Below the pieces are notes generated by a model. It was not told the origin of the DNA, ran no database searches, and was given only the letters and a program-made list of their open reading frames with translations. The position numbers were made by a program, and so were the translations under genes. From Thainema sp. (lineage in GTDB: Bacteria; Cyanobacteriota; Cyanobacteriia; Phormidesmidales; Phormidesmidaceae): a DNA stretch of 40,385 bases. Where the stretch lies: assembly GCA_052168235.1 (NCBI GenBank), contig JBQLZK010000033.1, positions 36,173 to 76,557 of the forward strand, read 5' to 3'. This document shows, in pieces, positions 1-10,400 of the stretch (positions are counted from its first letter, which is position 1; each line of letters opens with the position of its first letter).

Positions 1-1042
1 CACGTAAAGATGGGGCTTCTCCGCTATCTTTAAGAATATCAATCAATGGCTGTACGGCTGCGCTGTCTCCAAGAGCCCCCAAGGCATAAGCCGCCGCTCC
101 ACGTAAAGATGGGGCTTCTCCGCTATCTTTAAGAATATCAATCAATGGCTGTACAGCGGCGCTGTCTCCAAGAGCCCCCAAGGCGCCAGCCGCCGCTCCA
201 CGTAAAGATCGGTCTTCTCCTCTATCTTCGAGAATATCAATCAATGGCTGTACGGCTGCTTCACTGTCTTTGCCAATTGCACCTAAGGCAGCCGCAGCGC
301 CTCTACGTAATGATGGACTACAATCTTTATCACTGAGAAAGACTAGCAGCACATCAACTATCTGAGCGCCAAACTCATGGAGGCGATACAGAGAATCAAA
401 ATAAGGCTTTTCAATAAGCTGCTTAATCTGATCAATCGTGGGTAGTAATGCCCCATCAAGTGGTGGAAATAAAAAAGGGCTTTCGGAGTCTTCAACCTGA
501 ATCCAGATTCCGGCACTGTAGGGAATATACCTATCGTCATTTGCTGCTGAAAAGAATAGATATCGAGATCCCCCCTCATAAAAGCTATATGGAAAACTCC
601 AGGTACCATCACCTAATATATCGATCGGTTTCAATGAATACCGATCGTCACAAGTTACGGCCAGGGTTTGTCCTTCTAAACCATAGGCTGTGCCTTTTAC
701 TGTAAAGGCTTCTTCAACTTTGATCCAAAGTGGATAAGAAGTAACCTTGATTGGACTAAAAACAATAAATGTGATGGAGTTACTATATGAAGTACCCTGT
801 TGATCTTTTGCTGAAAAGAATAGGTACCGAGCTCCCCACTCATAAAAGCGATTCTGAAAGATCCAACTACCATCGTCAGATATTCTGACCGGTTCCAATG
901 GAAACTGCTCGTCGCAAATCACGTTCAGGGTCTGCCCTTCTAGGCCATAGGCTGTACCAGTTACTATAAAGGTTGCTTGGACTGTGACCCAGGCCGGGTA
1001 GGACTCAATCTTGATTCTACTTCTTGTATCTGAAAGAGCCAT
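1..1042 (-). CDS. Protein with two tandem Ig-like beta domains followed by HEAT (PBS-lyase-like) repeats; 3' end runs off the window
   Basis: Not in the ORF track because it has no stop in the window. Manual translation from ATG 1042 (AAGGA about 10 nt upstream) gives MALSDTRSRIKIESYP...GTAYGLEGQTL.V.CD...(twice)...RYLFFSA, then 33-aa repeats LRGAAAYALGALGDSAAVQPLIDILKDSGEAPS (99-bp DNA period at 1/100/199). Confidence 0.85.
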   Translation of the reverse strand, partial: MALSDTRSRIKIESYPAWVTVQATFIVTGTAYGLEGQTLNVICDEQFPLEPVRISDDGSWIFQNRFYEWGARYLFFSAKDQQGTSYSNSITFIVFSPIKVTSYPLWIKVEEAFTVKGTAYGLEGQTLAVTCDDRYSLKPIDILGDGTWSFPYSFYEGGSRYLFFSAANDDRYIPYSAGIWIQVEDSESPFLFPPLDGALLPTIDQIKQLIEKPYFDSLYRLHEFGAQIVDVLLVFLSDKDCSPSLRRGAAAALGAIGKDSEAAVQPLIDILEDRGEDRSLRGAAAGALGALGDSAAVQPLIDILKDSGEAPSLRGAAAYALGALGDSAAVQPLIDILKDSGEAPSLR

Positions 1043-1531
1043 TACAAGTCTATCCTTTACCTAGTTTTTAGGCATTTAGATTAATCGATGAGATGCATCT
1101 TTACCTAACTTAGAGTCGCTATAAAATTCGAGAAACTTGTGAGAATTGTGGGTATTACGATCGTACTTTGAGCTTGAAGGGTCTGCCGCCATACTAAGCA
1201 ATCACTACTTAATTGTCTGAATCGTACCCGTATTACTCTACCGGAAACATTTTCATAAGCTTTGCTCAATCTTTTATCCACATTGCGTTACAGACTGAGG
1301 CTGGGGGTAAATAACTTAAGATTTTGGGCTCGTATTTAGAGTGTATAGATTGTTACTGGTATCCTACTGAGGATTAGGCAAAGGATGCAACACAGGAGTT
1401 CAATGTTCGGGAATGCCTGCCATTTGAATGGTATTGCAGCCAAATTAATAAGCAAACTCAATTTATCGCTCAGAACCATTAAAGAGCGATAGAGCCTTGT
1501 TCAAAATTTAGGGATTTTGGATAAAGTAGAA

Positions 1532-2485
1532 CTAAATAGATTTCTGCTCTAAAATGGGAGTCAAATACTCTGGAATTCCCGCCATCTGAATGGCAGAGCA
1601 GCCTAACCGATAGGCAAACTCCACCTCTCGCGCTGCCAATAGCGCATCATAAAAAGCCACGGCAAACTCAATTGCAGCCTTGTCGCTAATCGCTCGTTTC
1701 ATCCCTACTACATAGGGAATATGTTGAGCAATCGCCTTCGCTTGAACTGCTGAGTAACAAGCATTTAACACTACACATTCAATCTGATCGCTGAATAGAG
1801 CAAATAAAGCGGCGATGGCTGCTCCAGAAACGAGCTGTGGCTGTCCCACCTCGTCCTCAAATACCAAACCTTCTTCTTGTTCAATATTCGCATCAGTAAC
1901 AACAGTAACCTTACGAGTAGAGGGGGATTCGTTGTCTAACATTTCCCTTCCTACCCCATGACCGCAGAAGTGAACAATCTGCGGCTGATAATCAAGCAAG
2001 GCTCGTCGCAAATCCGTCACCGTTGTTGCCCAACGTTGCTCTAGCCGAAAGCGATTGCGATCGCGAGATCGCTCTAACCCCAATTGCAGCGATCTCACCT
2101 CTTCTGCCAGTCGTAGAGGCGAAGTTCCTTCAGGGTTGGCAGCCAAAACTAGAATCGTCTTGATGTTGGTAGGCTGATCTGGCTGTTGTGTCGCTTCCCA
2201 GGAAGATAATGGATGAGGTACTTCCTGATAGTAAATATTGCCCGTCCCAGTCACATTAGCAATAGTGCTATCTGAGATATTGAATACTGCTCCCTGTACA
2301 TGACCGACTGCCGTCCCACCAGACATTTGTCCAATAGCCTGATTATCATCACCTTGCATCGTTTGCTCAATCTTGGAAGTAGGCACAGATTCAGACTTCG
2401 AAGCTTTATTACGATTGGCAGAAGATGCATCTATCGTGGTTGATTCGGGAATAGATTGGTCGGACTGAGGTGATTGGCTAAACAC
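1532..2485 (-). CDS. Stand-alone CHAT-domain (caspase/HetF-like) cysteine protease with low-complexity N-terminus
   Basis: ILVLAANP, IVHFCGHG (His) and VVLNACYS (Cys) CHAT motifs; GTG start with AAGGA upstream. Confidence 0.9.
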   Translation of the reverse strand: MFSQSPQSDQSIPESTTIDASSANRNKASKSESVPTSKIEQTMQGDDNQAIGQMSGGTAVGHVQGAVFNISDSTIANVTGTGNIYYQEVPHPLSSWEATQQPDQPTNIKTILVLAANPEGTSPLRLAEEVRSLQLGLERSRDRNRFRLEQRWATTVTDLRRALLDYQPQIVHFCGHGVGREMLDNESPSTRKVTVVTDANIEQEEGLVFEDEVGQPQLVSGAAIAALFALFSDQIECVVLNACYSAVQAKAIAQHIPYVVGMKRAISDKAAIEFAVAFYDALLAAREVEFAYRLGCSAIQMAGIPEYLTPILEQKSI

Positions 2486-2562
2486 TGGAGATTACATCCT
2501 TTCTTACTTATTGAATGTTACATGGCTCAATGTCAAACGTTTGGAGGACGATTTCATCTAAA

Positions 2563-4704
2563 CTACCGTTCGACAAAAACTTGAATCTGTTTTGTCACCC
2601 ACTCCTGGCTTGGATCGACCACAATACTGGCAGACCGTTGGGCTTTAGGTGCTATACCCGAATCCTTACCAATCATGGTGAGCAAATAATGAAGTGGATT
2701 AATCCCGTTTGATTCGGTTTGACCGGCAGATCGAGTGGTTATTGTCTCTATCATGTTTTTGAATTCCTCATCCAGTTTGCCTCCTCTCGTGTTGGGCAGC
2801 TCATCTAAGGGCGGTAGCGTTAACCACCGAAAATCCGCTAATCCTTTCTCTACCGCAAATACTTTAATGATTTCCTTAGTCTGTTGATACATAGAGTTAT
2901 CCGGGACTCTTAATTGAAGTAAAACTTTTGTCACAGCACCTTGATCCAGATCAAAGAAAGGAGCTTCTATTCCACCAATAGGAATTTGTGAAATGGCCCA
3001 AGTTGGCTCAAGATCGAGCACTGCCAGTTTTAATGGTTGATGTCCTGTATTCGCTAAACGTAAACAAATGACGTCCTCATGGTGGACAGTGATATTTTGC
3101 GAATCAGGAAAAGAGACTCCTTCTACTGTGAGAATTTCTACATCAAGGACGTTCGCCAACTTTGAGCTAGAGTTATCCAAACTTTCTACCGCTTGATATT
3201 TGGCCAGATGAACGAGTCGATTCACCACTCTATTGGGAGCAGTTGGATCATCGATTGACAGTAGCGGTCTGAGATTCGAAATAGGAATAGCTTTACAAAT
3301 CTCGTAGTTTCCCTTTCGGTCAATTGCAACTTGATAAAGTGCTATTTCTTCCCCTTTCTCTTCCTTAATCCAACCATTGTTCATCAATGCTTGTCGAACC
3401 CTATCGAGAGCGTCTTGCTGGCGATGTACGAGATTGGCTGGCAGTTCATCTTCTAGTTCACCTTCCGTCTTATCAGCAGAAAAACGGACCTTCTGCACGA
3501 GTTCAATCGGTGCAGATATCATTACCGCTGGCGAGCCAGGCTCTAATTCGCCTCTTACTCCAACTCCACCTTCCTCGATCGGTATGATTTTCGCTGTTGA
3601 TTCCGATGCATTCACTTGAGTAAGTTCTGCGATCGCAACTTGTCGAGTTTTATCCGTAAAATCAGTCGTATTGAGGGGGTAGATAGAAAAGCGGGTCCCG
3701 TTGCTTAAGCCCTGTGCTTGCCCAGCATTGATCGTGATCTGATGGTCTGTTATGACTTTGATGACCGTGACTGTAAAGGGTGTCAACCAGGTATCACTGC
3801 CAAAGACTCTGCGATCGCCGTCTCCCAATAAGACAGGCGTTTGTTGGGGTAACTTGCTTTGAATCTGAGCATTAATACGATCGTGCAACAGCTTATACGT
3901 CAAGGGTTGACCACTGATAGCAGCGCTGGTCAACGTATCGATCATCCAGTAAGTAAGTGCGCCATTCTGCTCTGTCCCACCATTGACTGCATATTCATAG
4001 GCGTACTCGTCTGCACGACAGGCCGCTAGCAAGACGTATTTTCGGGTAACTGGTAAACCCGCCGCTGCAATCACTCCATTTTGGGTGAGATCCAACCAAT
4101 TGCGTTCTAATACTTCCAACTCAGCAACCAAGCTGTGCGATAATCTCGGCATGGTATCGGTTTGCCCAGCACTGCGAATCTCCATATCACCACGGGTTTT
4201 CCCCCCAGCATGGCAACAGTCCAGCACCACTGTGACAATTAAGCCTTTATCCGTCATTCGCTTCAGAAGAGTTGCCATCTCAACATCACGCAAATACCGC
4301 CCCGCTTCCGTGTCGCCAATATCCATTGGCACAATCCCTTCGTCTCTGGATTCTTGTTTGAATGGATAAATGGTTGTGGCTCGCCCCCCATGCCCGGCGT
4401 AATGGATATACACCTGTTCACCGGAATGAGCCATTTGGGTAATTACATTGAAAGCTTGGACAATATTGGTGTAGGTTGGTTCCTGATCCGGGGTTAATCT
4501 CATTTCCAGCAGCGCCGCTGCTTCTGGATTGATAGAGGTTAACTTATGAATGCGTTCACCTGGAACCTTCAAAGTCTTTTTGAGAAAGGTCTCAACTAAA
4601 CTAATATCGCGGACTGCCCCCCGCAAGCTTCTATACAAGCGATTGGGTTTGTAATAGTCAATTCCGATCAATAGTACGTGGAGATTTGGCGATTGTTCTG
4701 GCAT
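2563..4704 (-). CDS. Caspase-family (peptidase C14, ortho/metacaspase-like) protease with C-terminal extension
   Basis: LLIGIDYY, LRGAVRD, HYAGHG (His), VVLDCCHAG (Cys), LLAACRADEYAYE, GALTYW, QTP motifs. Confidence 0.92.
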   Translation of the reverse strand: MPEQSPNLHVLLIGIDYYKPNRLYRSLRGAVRDISLVETFLKKTLKVPGERIHKLTSINPEAAALLEMRLTPDQEPTYTNIVQAFNVITQMAHSGEQVYIHYAGHGGRATTIYPFKQESRDEGIVPMDIGDTEAGRYLRDVEMATLLKRMTDKGLIVTVVLDCCHAGGKTRGDMEIRSAGQTDTMPRLSHSLVAELEVLERNWLDLTQNGVIAAAGLPVTRKYVLLAACRADEYAYEYAVNGGTEQNGALTYWMIDTLTSAAISGQPLTYKLLHDRINAQIQSKLPQQTPVLLGDGDRRVFGSDTWLTPFTVTVIKVITDHQITINAGQAQGLSNGTRFSIYPLNTTDFTDKTRQVAIAELTQVNASESTAKIIPIEEGGVGVRGELEPGSPAVMISAPIELVQKVRFSADKTEGELEDELPANLVHRQQDALDRVRQALMNNGWIKEEKGEEIALYQVAIDRKGNYEICKAIPISNLRPLLSIDDPTAPNRVVNRLVHLAKYQAVESLDNSSSKLANVLDVEILTVEGVSFPDSQNITVHHEDVICLRLANTGHQPLKLAVLDLEPTWAISQIPIGGIEAPFFDLDQGAVTKVLLQLRVPDNSMYQQTKEIIKVFAVEKGLADFRWLTLPPLDELPNTRGGKLDEEFKNMIETITTRSAGQTESNGINPLHYLLTMIGKDSGIAPKAQRSASIVVDPSQEWVTKQIQVFVER

Positions 4705-4861
4705 GGTTTGCCTCTAAAACAGCATGTTTGAAGCCAATAATTCAAACCATCATTAAGCATATGACTCAACCCTCAACCACTAAATTGATCAGTAAACCAC
4801 TTTCTGAGCGCTAGAACTAGAGCAACATCGACTACGCTCTGTTAGTGTTTTATCAAATCGT

Positions 4862-5869
4862 TTATGGCATTGTGACCTGTGACATCATGGCTAATGTATT
4901 GGGACCAACAACCCCATCGACCACGAGCCCAGTTTGTTGTTGAAATTGTTTGACGGCTTGCTCAGTATGACTACCAAATACACCATCTACACCAACTAAA
5001 AGCCCGCTTCTTTGTAGTGCAGTTTGAATTCGTTCTATATCAGATCCCTCTAAAAGGGGGGTACTTAGCCGTAACATACGAGGCTTTTGATCCCACGGTG
5101 CAATCTCAAAACCGTTGGCCGGAGACAGCATCAACTTGCTCATTGTAATTCGGCCATAATCTCCATCTTCGGCAATTGGATGACTGGGATTGTTGCGGTT
5201 CCAAAGTCGCTGAAAAGCAAGAGTCGCAATGTTGCGAATATCAAAGCTTCTGCCATTAACGTTGATTGATAGCACTCTGTTTGATCCCTTATAGGTGAAA
5301 TGAGGCTTATCTCCGTTGCCAAACCACTCCCAACCATGTCGCTCCAAATACAAGCGCCAACCTAGATGATCTGCGATATCAATTGCTAAACCAGCTTGGT
5401 GATAGCTTGCGCCTGGTGGTGCCACTACTCGAAAATTGCAGGTGCCGTTATGTTTCCAGGTGTAGAGCAAAAACTGCTGAGCTAAGGTCCGATAAGCCGA
5501 ATTCACGACCATGGTACTGCCTCGATCTTGGATGGCGTTGCGTAGGGCTTCTAAAGCCGCTGGCTGCAGGTAAGGATAAGCAGCACTACCCAACTGGACA
5601 TTTAACCGATCAAAGCTAACCAGTAAATCAGATGAATGACCTGTAGCTTCTTCTAAAATGACATTTACTTCATGGATAGATTGTTGAGATAGCGTATTGG
5701 CAACCTTTGTTGCACAACCTGGAGCATCTTGAACAGGCCCCACAAAACTTGCTCTAGGTGTGGGGCTGTTTTCTTCAATCTCATTGATTACATCACAATC
5801 TTCATGGGCTGGCTCAATCCCATCCATTAAGGGCATATTGTGTTCTTCAGTCATAACTGTTGTCTCCAA
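4862..5869 (-). CDS. M15-family (VanY-like) Zn peptidase with C-terminal peptidoglycan-binding domain(s)
   Basis: SAYRTLAQQ, SYHQAGLAIDI (SxHxxGxAxD), DKPHF; C-terminal VDGVFGSHTEQAVKQFQQQTGLVVDGVVGPNT. Exact start uncertain (TTG 5869 or downstream ATG). Confidence 0.88.
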   Translation of the reverse strand: METTVMTEEHNMPLMDGIEPAHEDCDVINEIEENSPTPRASFVGPVQDAPGCATKVANTLSQQSIHEVNVILEEATGHSSDLLVSFDRLNVQLGSAAYPYLQPAALEALRNAIQDRGSTMVVNSAYRTLAQQFLLYTWKHNGTCNFRVVAPPGASYHQAGLAIDIADHLGWRLYLERHGWEWFGNGDKPHFTYKGSNRVLSINVNGRSFDIRNIATLAFQRLWNRNNPSHPIAEDGDYGRITMSKLMLSPANGFEIAPWDQKPRMLRLSTPLLEGSDIERIQTALQRSGLLVGVDGVFGSHTEQAVKQFQQQTGLVVDGVVGPNTLAMMSQVTMP

Positions 5870-5892
5870 TCAAGTTCTTCTAAAGTAAAGCT

Positions 5893-6798
5893 CTACAGAC
5901 CCAGTGCCTGCCAGGTTTGCGATCCGACGATTCCGTCAACTGTGAGCTGTTCCTGAGTCTGTAGTTGCCGTACCGCTTTTTCAGTGGCTGAACCAAAAAA
6001 GCTATCGGCTCCATCCGGACCCAGATCGAATCCTCTATTGAGGAGTGCCTGCTGAAGATGGCGCACGTCTTCACCCTGCATGAGCGGTCTCGTCAACTTC
6101 AGGACGCGGCAAGCAGTTATTTCATCAAAGACTTCGACCGGGCCGTTATAAGTCAGGAACGGTTCCCAAGGTTGGCTGTTGAATAAGGCTTGTTCGGCAA
6201 GCCGCCGCCGTGTTAGGCCGAGCCAAGGAGTACCACTGACTTTATTCCAACGAGGAAATTGCTTGGCAGCACCTAGATAGTTGCCTTGGTTTAACAGTCT
6301 AAGTAAGGTGGATCCTCTAAAGCCTTTACGCCCAGGGCCAATGTTGAAGCACAAACAAACCAAGGCTGAAAACTGATCGTCATTGACTTCAACGGCAACG
6401 GCATCTTGGACGAATGTTTCAAATTTTTCTAAGTCTTCTCGCAGGAACTGATTGGCTTGAGCTTGGGTAATAGTCATACCACAAAAAACGCCTTGGGTAT
6501 GGCCATAGCCAATTGTCCAAACGCCACCGCCATCGTCATAAGCTTTCAACTTACAACCTTCAAATGTGGTGAGTAATTTAAATCCTTCTGTATTGATGGG
6601 GCGTTCACTGCCTCGTGGGGTTGGGATGTCGGGAGGTAGTTTGCCAGGCGGCGCGGTGGTTAGCGTTGTAGCGGTACTAAATTGTAAGGCTTCGATGATT
6701 AAATCGACTTGGTTTTGAGTATCCGTTGCCTTGATGGGCTGATCTGCTTGATATTCACAAAGCTGACCGTCTGGATACAGTTCGAGTGTTCTGCTCAT
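5893..6798 (-). CDS. GH24 (phage-type) lysozyme with C-terminal peptidoglycan-binding domain
   Basis: FEGCKLKAYDDGGGVWTIGYGHT (E-x8-D-x5-T triad), QFSALVCLCFNIG, GLTRRRLAE; C-terminal GEDVRHLQQAL...VDGIVGSQTW. Confidence 0.92.
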   Translation of the reverse strand: MSRTLELYPDGQLCEYQADQPIKATDTQNQVDLIIEALQFSTATTLTTAPPGKLPPDIPTPRGSERPINTEGFKLLTTFEGCKLKAYDDGGGVWTIGYGHTQGVFCGMTITQAQANQFLREDLEKFETFVQDAVAVEVNDDQFSALVCLCFNIGPGRKGFRGSTLLRLLNQGNYLGAAKQFPRWNKVSGTPWLGLTRRRLAEQALFNSQPWEPFLTYNGPVEVFDEITACRVLKLTRPLMQGEDVRHLQQALLNRGFDLGPDGADSFFGSATEKAVRQLQTQEQLTVDGIVGSQTWQALGL

Positions 6799-6983
6799 AA
6801 ATGGTTTGCCTCATAATGTGGACCTAATGTTGCGACTGTCCAATTGAGGGTTGAAAGATGCTTGCAACGACTTTCAACTAATAGTATATCGGTTGTTTAA
6901 ATGGATTTAAACGAGTCTGTTAGAACAGTTTGCAATCCGGCAGGACTGTTGTATGGCTTTACTAAATAGCTTATGCACAAAGC

Positions 6984-7028
6984 TGTTTATGAACGTGCGT
7001 CCCCGCTGGGGACGCGCGTTCATAAACA
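6984..7028. terminator. 21-bp stem-loop; candidate terminator or mRNA-stabilising REP-like element
   Basis: TGTTTATGAACGTGCGTCCCC-GCT-GGGGACGCGCGTTCATAAACA, one mismatch, intergenic between the Trypco1-like and lysozyme genes. Confidence 0.55.
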
Positions 7029-7132
7029 ATTAAGATCGCTATAGTAATGGTAGTTGAAAGGTATCCGTTAACAAATGCTGTCTGCGGTTGGTGTTCTGTG
7101 GGAGAGCCTCAAGTGGGTGTGGGTAGCCTCGA

Positions 7133-7465
7133 TTAGGCTGATTTGTCGTCTGGGAATTTGCAGGTAACGGAGATTTTGACGTTGCAGTCGGCGGTACCGG
7201 AGGCGATATAGGGTACGCCGCTCTTGGCACTGACGCTGACCCCGAATTCGAGTTCGACTTGGGAGACGTTGGCGGCTCCGAGGTTTTTGAAGGCTTGCAC
7301 GGTGTAGAGGGTGTAGCCCCGGACGAGGTGATAGACGCTGCTGAAGGATTGTTTGAATGCTTCTTGGGTAGGGTTGAGATCACGGGTGATTCGGCCGGGG
7401 GCATCGGCTTGGATGTGGATGGTGGTGCCGTCTTCGAGTTCAATGGGGATGAGGGTGGGTTGCAT
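7133..7465 (-). CDS. Trypco1 / CU044_2847-like small protein
   Basis: 110 aa; IPIELEDGTTIHIQ at the N-terminus and VSQVELEFGVSVSAKSGVPYIASGTADCNVKISVTC, typical of Trypco1; starts 6 nt after the WD40 gene stop. Confidence 0.75.
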   Translation of the reverse strand: MQPTLIPIELEDGTTIHIQADAPGRITRDLNPTQEAFKQSFSSVYHLVRGYTLYTVQAFKNLGAANVSQVELEFGVSVSAKSGVPYIASGTADCNVKISVTCKFPDDKSA

Positions 7466-7471
7466 GTTGTT

Positions 7472-10400
7472 TTAGTTGTGGTCTTGTGGAATGGATTGAG
7501 CTTCGTTACGGAAATGGATAGGGATGGTAGAGGTTAGAAAGGTGTTAGATGCCCAGTGAAAGAAGTTGTTGATTGAGTTATTGGTTTGTTGCTGTTCTTG
7601 GTAGTCTTCGTAATCATCTGGATAGGGCAGGTTGGAACAGGTTTTGCGATAGGGTTCGTCACCAAGGTAGCGTTGCCATTCCCGAATGGTGAGATTGCGG
7701 GTGAGGCGCTGGCAGGCTTGAGCAATTAAGTCTTCAGTGTGAACGTATCGGATTTGTACTGTACCGTCACTACTGGCAGTCGCCACTCGCTGGCCATCCG
7801 GGCTAAACACAACCGCAGTGACTTTGAAATCGTAGGGTAGTCGGGCAATCTCGGCTCCGCTCTCCGCATCCCAGAGCCGCGCGGCAACGATATCGTTCCA
7901 ACTGGCAGTGGCCACTCGCTGACCATCCGGGCTAAACAAGACCTCATTAACATTAGCATCGTGGAGCAGTTGAGCAATCTCGGTTCCGCTCTTGAAATCC
8001 CAAATTCGCGCGGTCGTATCGTTCCAACTAGCAGTGGCCACTCGCTGACCATCCGGGCTAAACATGACCTCATTGACATTGTCGTCATGGGGCAATCGGG
8101 CAATCTCAGTTCCGCTCTTGGCATCCCAAATTCGCGCGGTCGTATCGTCCCAACTGGCAGTAGCTAGTTGCTGGCCATCCGGGTTAAACACGATTTCATT
8201 GACATTAGCACTGTATAGCAGCCGGGCCATTTCGGCTCCACTCTCGACATTCCAGATCCGCGTGATATCATCTCTGCTCGCAGTAGCGACTCGCTGACCA
8301 TCCGGACTAAATATAATCGCATTGATAGAGGCATCATGAGGTAATTGGGTGATTTTGGCTCCGCTCTCGGCATCCCAAACTCGCGTAGTATTATCATCAC
8401 TCACAGTGGCCACTTGCTGACCGTTGGGGCTGAATATGACTACATCAACATTGCTATCGTGGGGCGGCCGTACAAGTTCTGTTCCGCTCTTGATATCCCA
8501 AATTCGCACGATATTGTCCCAATTGGCAGTGGCCACTCGCTGGCCATCCGGGCTAAGCACGACCTCATTGACATTAGCATCGTGGGAAAGTCGAGCAATC
8601 TCGGCTCCACCCTCGACATCCCAGATCCGTGTGATATTATCCCTGCTCGTAGTCACCACTCGCTGGCCATCGAAGCTAAACACAACCGCAGTGACATTGT
8701 AATCGTGGGAGAGTCGAGCAATCTCGGCTCCGCTCTCGACATCCCAAACCCGCGCGGTATCGTCATCACTCGCAGTAGCTACTTGCTGACTATCAGGACT
8801 GAATATGACTGCACCAACGTCGCCATCATGGAGTAATTGGGCCATTTCGGCTCCACTCTCAGCATCCCAAACCCGCGCGGTATCGTCATTACTTGCAGTG
8901 GCCACTCGCTGGCCATCCGGGCTAAATACAATTTCGTAGGCAACAGCATCATGGGACAGTTGGGCCATTTCGGCTCCACTCTCGGCATTCCAGATCCGTG
9001 CGATATTACTTCTGCTTGTAGTAGCCACTTGCTGGCCATCCGGGCTAAACACGACCTCATAGACAATGTCATCGTGGAGCAGTTGTACAAGTTCTGTTTC
9101 GCTTGCAACATCCCAAATTCGTGCGGTATCATCCCAACTTGCAGTCGCTACTCGCTGGCCATCCGGACTAAATACTACTGTATCAACATCACCATCATGT
9201 AGTAACTGGGCCATTTCGGCTCCACTCTCAGCATTCCAGATCCGTGCGGTATAGTCCCTACTTGCAGTCGCCACTCGCTGACCATCCGGGCTAAATACTA
9301 CTGCATCAACACCGCTAGTGTGGGACAGTCGTACAATTTCGGCTCCACTCTCAGCATCCCAGATCCGTGCGGTATAGTCCCTACTTGCAGTCGCCACTCG
9401 CTGGCCATCGGGGCTAAATACGACCTCATAGACAACATCATCATGGGGCAGTTGTACAAGTTCTGTTCCGCTCTTGACATCCCAGATCCGCACAGTATCG
9501 TCACTACTCGCAGTCACCACTCGCTGACCATCGGGGCTAAACACAACCTCATTGACAGAATCATCGTGGGGCAGCCGTACAAGTTCTGTTCCGCTCTTGA
9601 TATCCCAAATTCGCGCGGTATTGTCATCACTCGCAGTCGCCACTCGCTGACCATCGAGGCTAAACACGACCTGATTGACAACATCATCGTGATTGAAGCG
9701 GGCCTTTTGCGGAGCCATTATCGGATACCCCCGCAGCGCTTCATCAGCATCACCTTTGGCAACCGTTGCTCCAGTTTCTAATAAACGCTTATTAGACTCT
9801 ATCGCTAACAAAATGCTAGTCGATAGCAAACTCGCACTCAACTGTTGCAATGATTTAGCCTGTGCAGCTAACTGTCGTGCCAAACTAATTTGTTGCTGTT
9901 TCTCAGCTTCCTCAGTAGCCGCTTCGGCGACCTGAGTTTGCGCGCGAGAGATCTCAGTTTGCTCTCGCGCAGCCGTCTCTCCTGCTTCGGCTCGTTGCTG
10001 GGCGGCTTCTGCCTGCTGTCGCTGCTCTGCTTCCGCCCGTTGCGCTAAAACCGCCTCTTCCTTTGCTGTTTCCGCTGCTTGTTGCTGTTCCGCTGCTTGT
10101 TGTTTAGCCTCCTCAGCCTCATCCAGCCGTTGATCAGCTATCGTACGTTGCTCCTCTGCAATTTGTTGCTGTTGTCTTGCGTTTTCCGCTTCTTCCTCAG
10201 CCCGTTGAGCTTCGCTTTCGGCAATGTCTTGTTGTTCTTTCGCCTCTTGCAGCGCGTCTTCCACATCTTGTAAAGCAGCAGTTGCTCGTCCTCTTTCAGT
10301 CAATGCCCAAACCGTCAATCCAGATGTAATTCCCAGCAGCAACAACCCCGCTGCCAGCGTTCCCTGCAATCGCCGAATCCGCTTCCGCCAGTTAACTGGC

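Noticed and set aside
1..300. 99-bp tandem repeats as a CRISPR-like or non-coding repeat; plus-strand ORFs 145..336 and 448..705
   Set aside because: The period is 33 codons of a minus-strand HEAT-repeat gene; the short ORFs are shadows.
4862..6798. Prophage lysis cassette
   Set aside because: No holin, spanin, structural or integrase genes nearby; the neighbours are caspase and CHAT genes.
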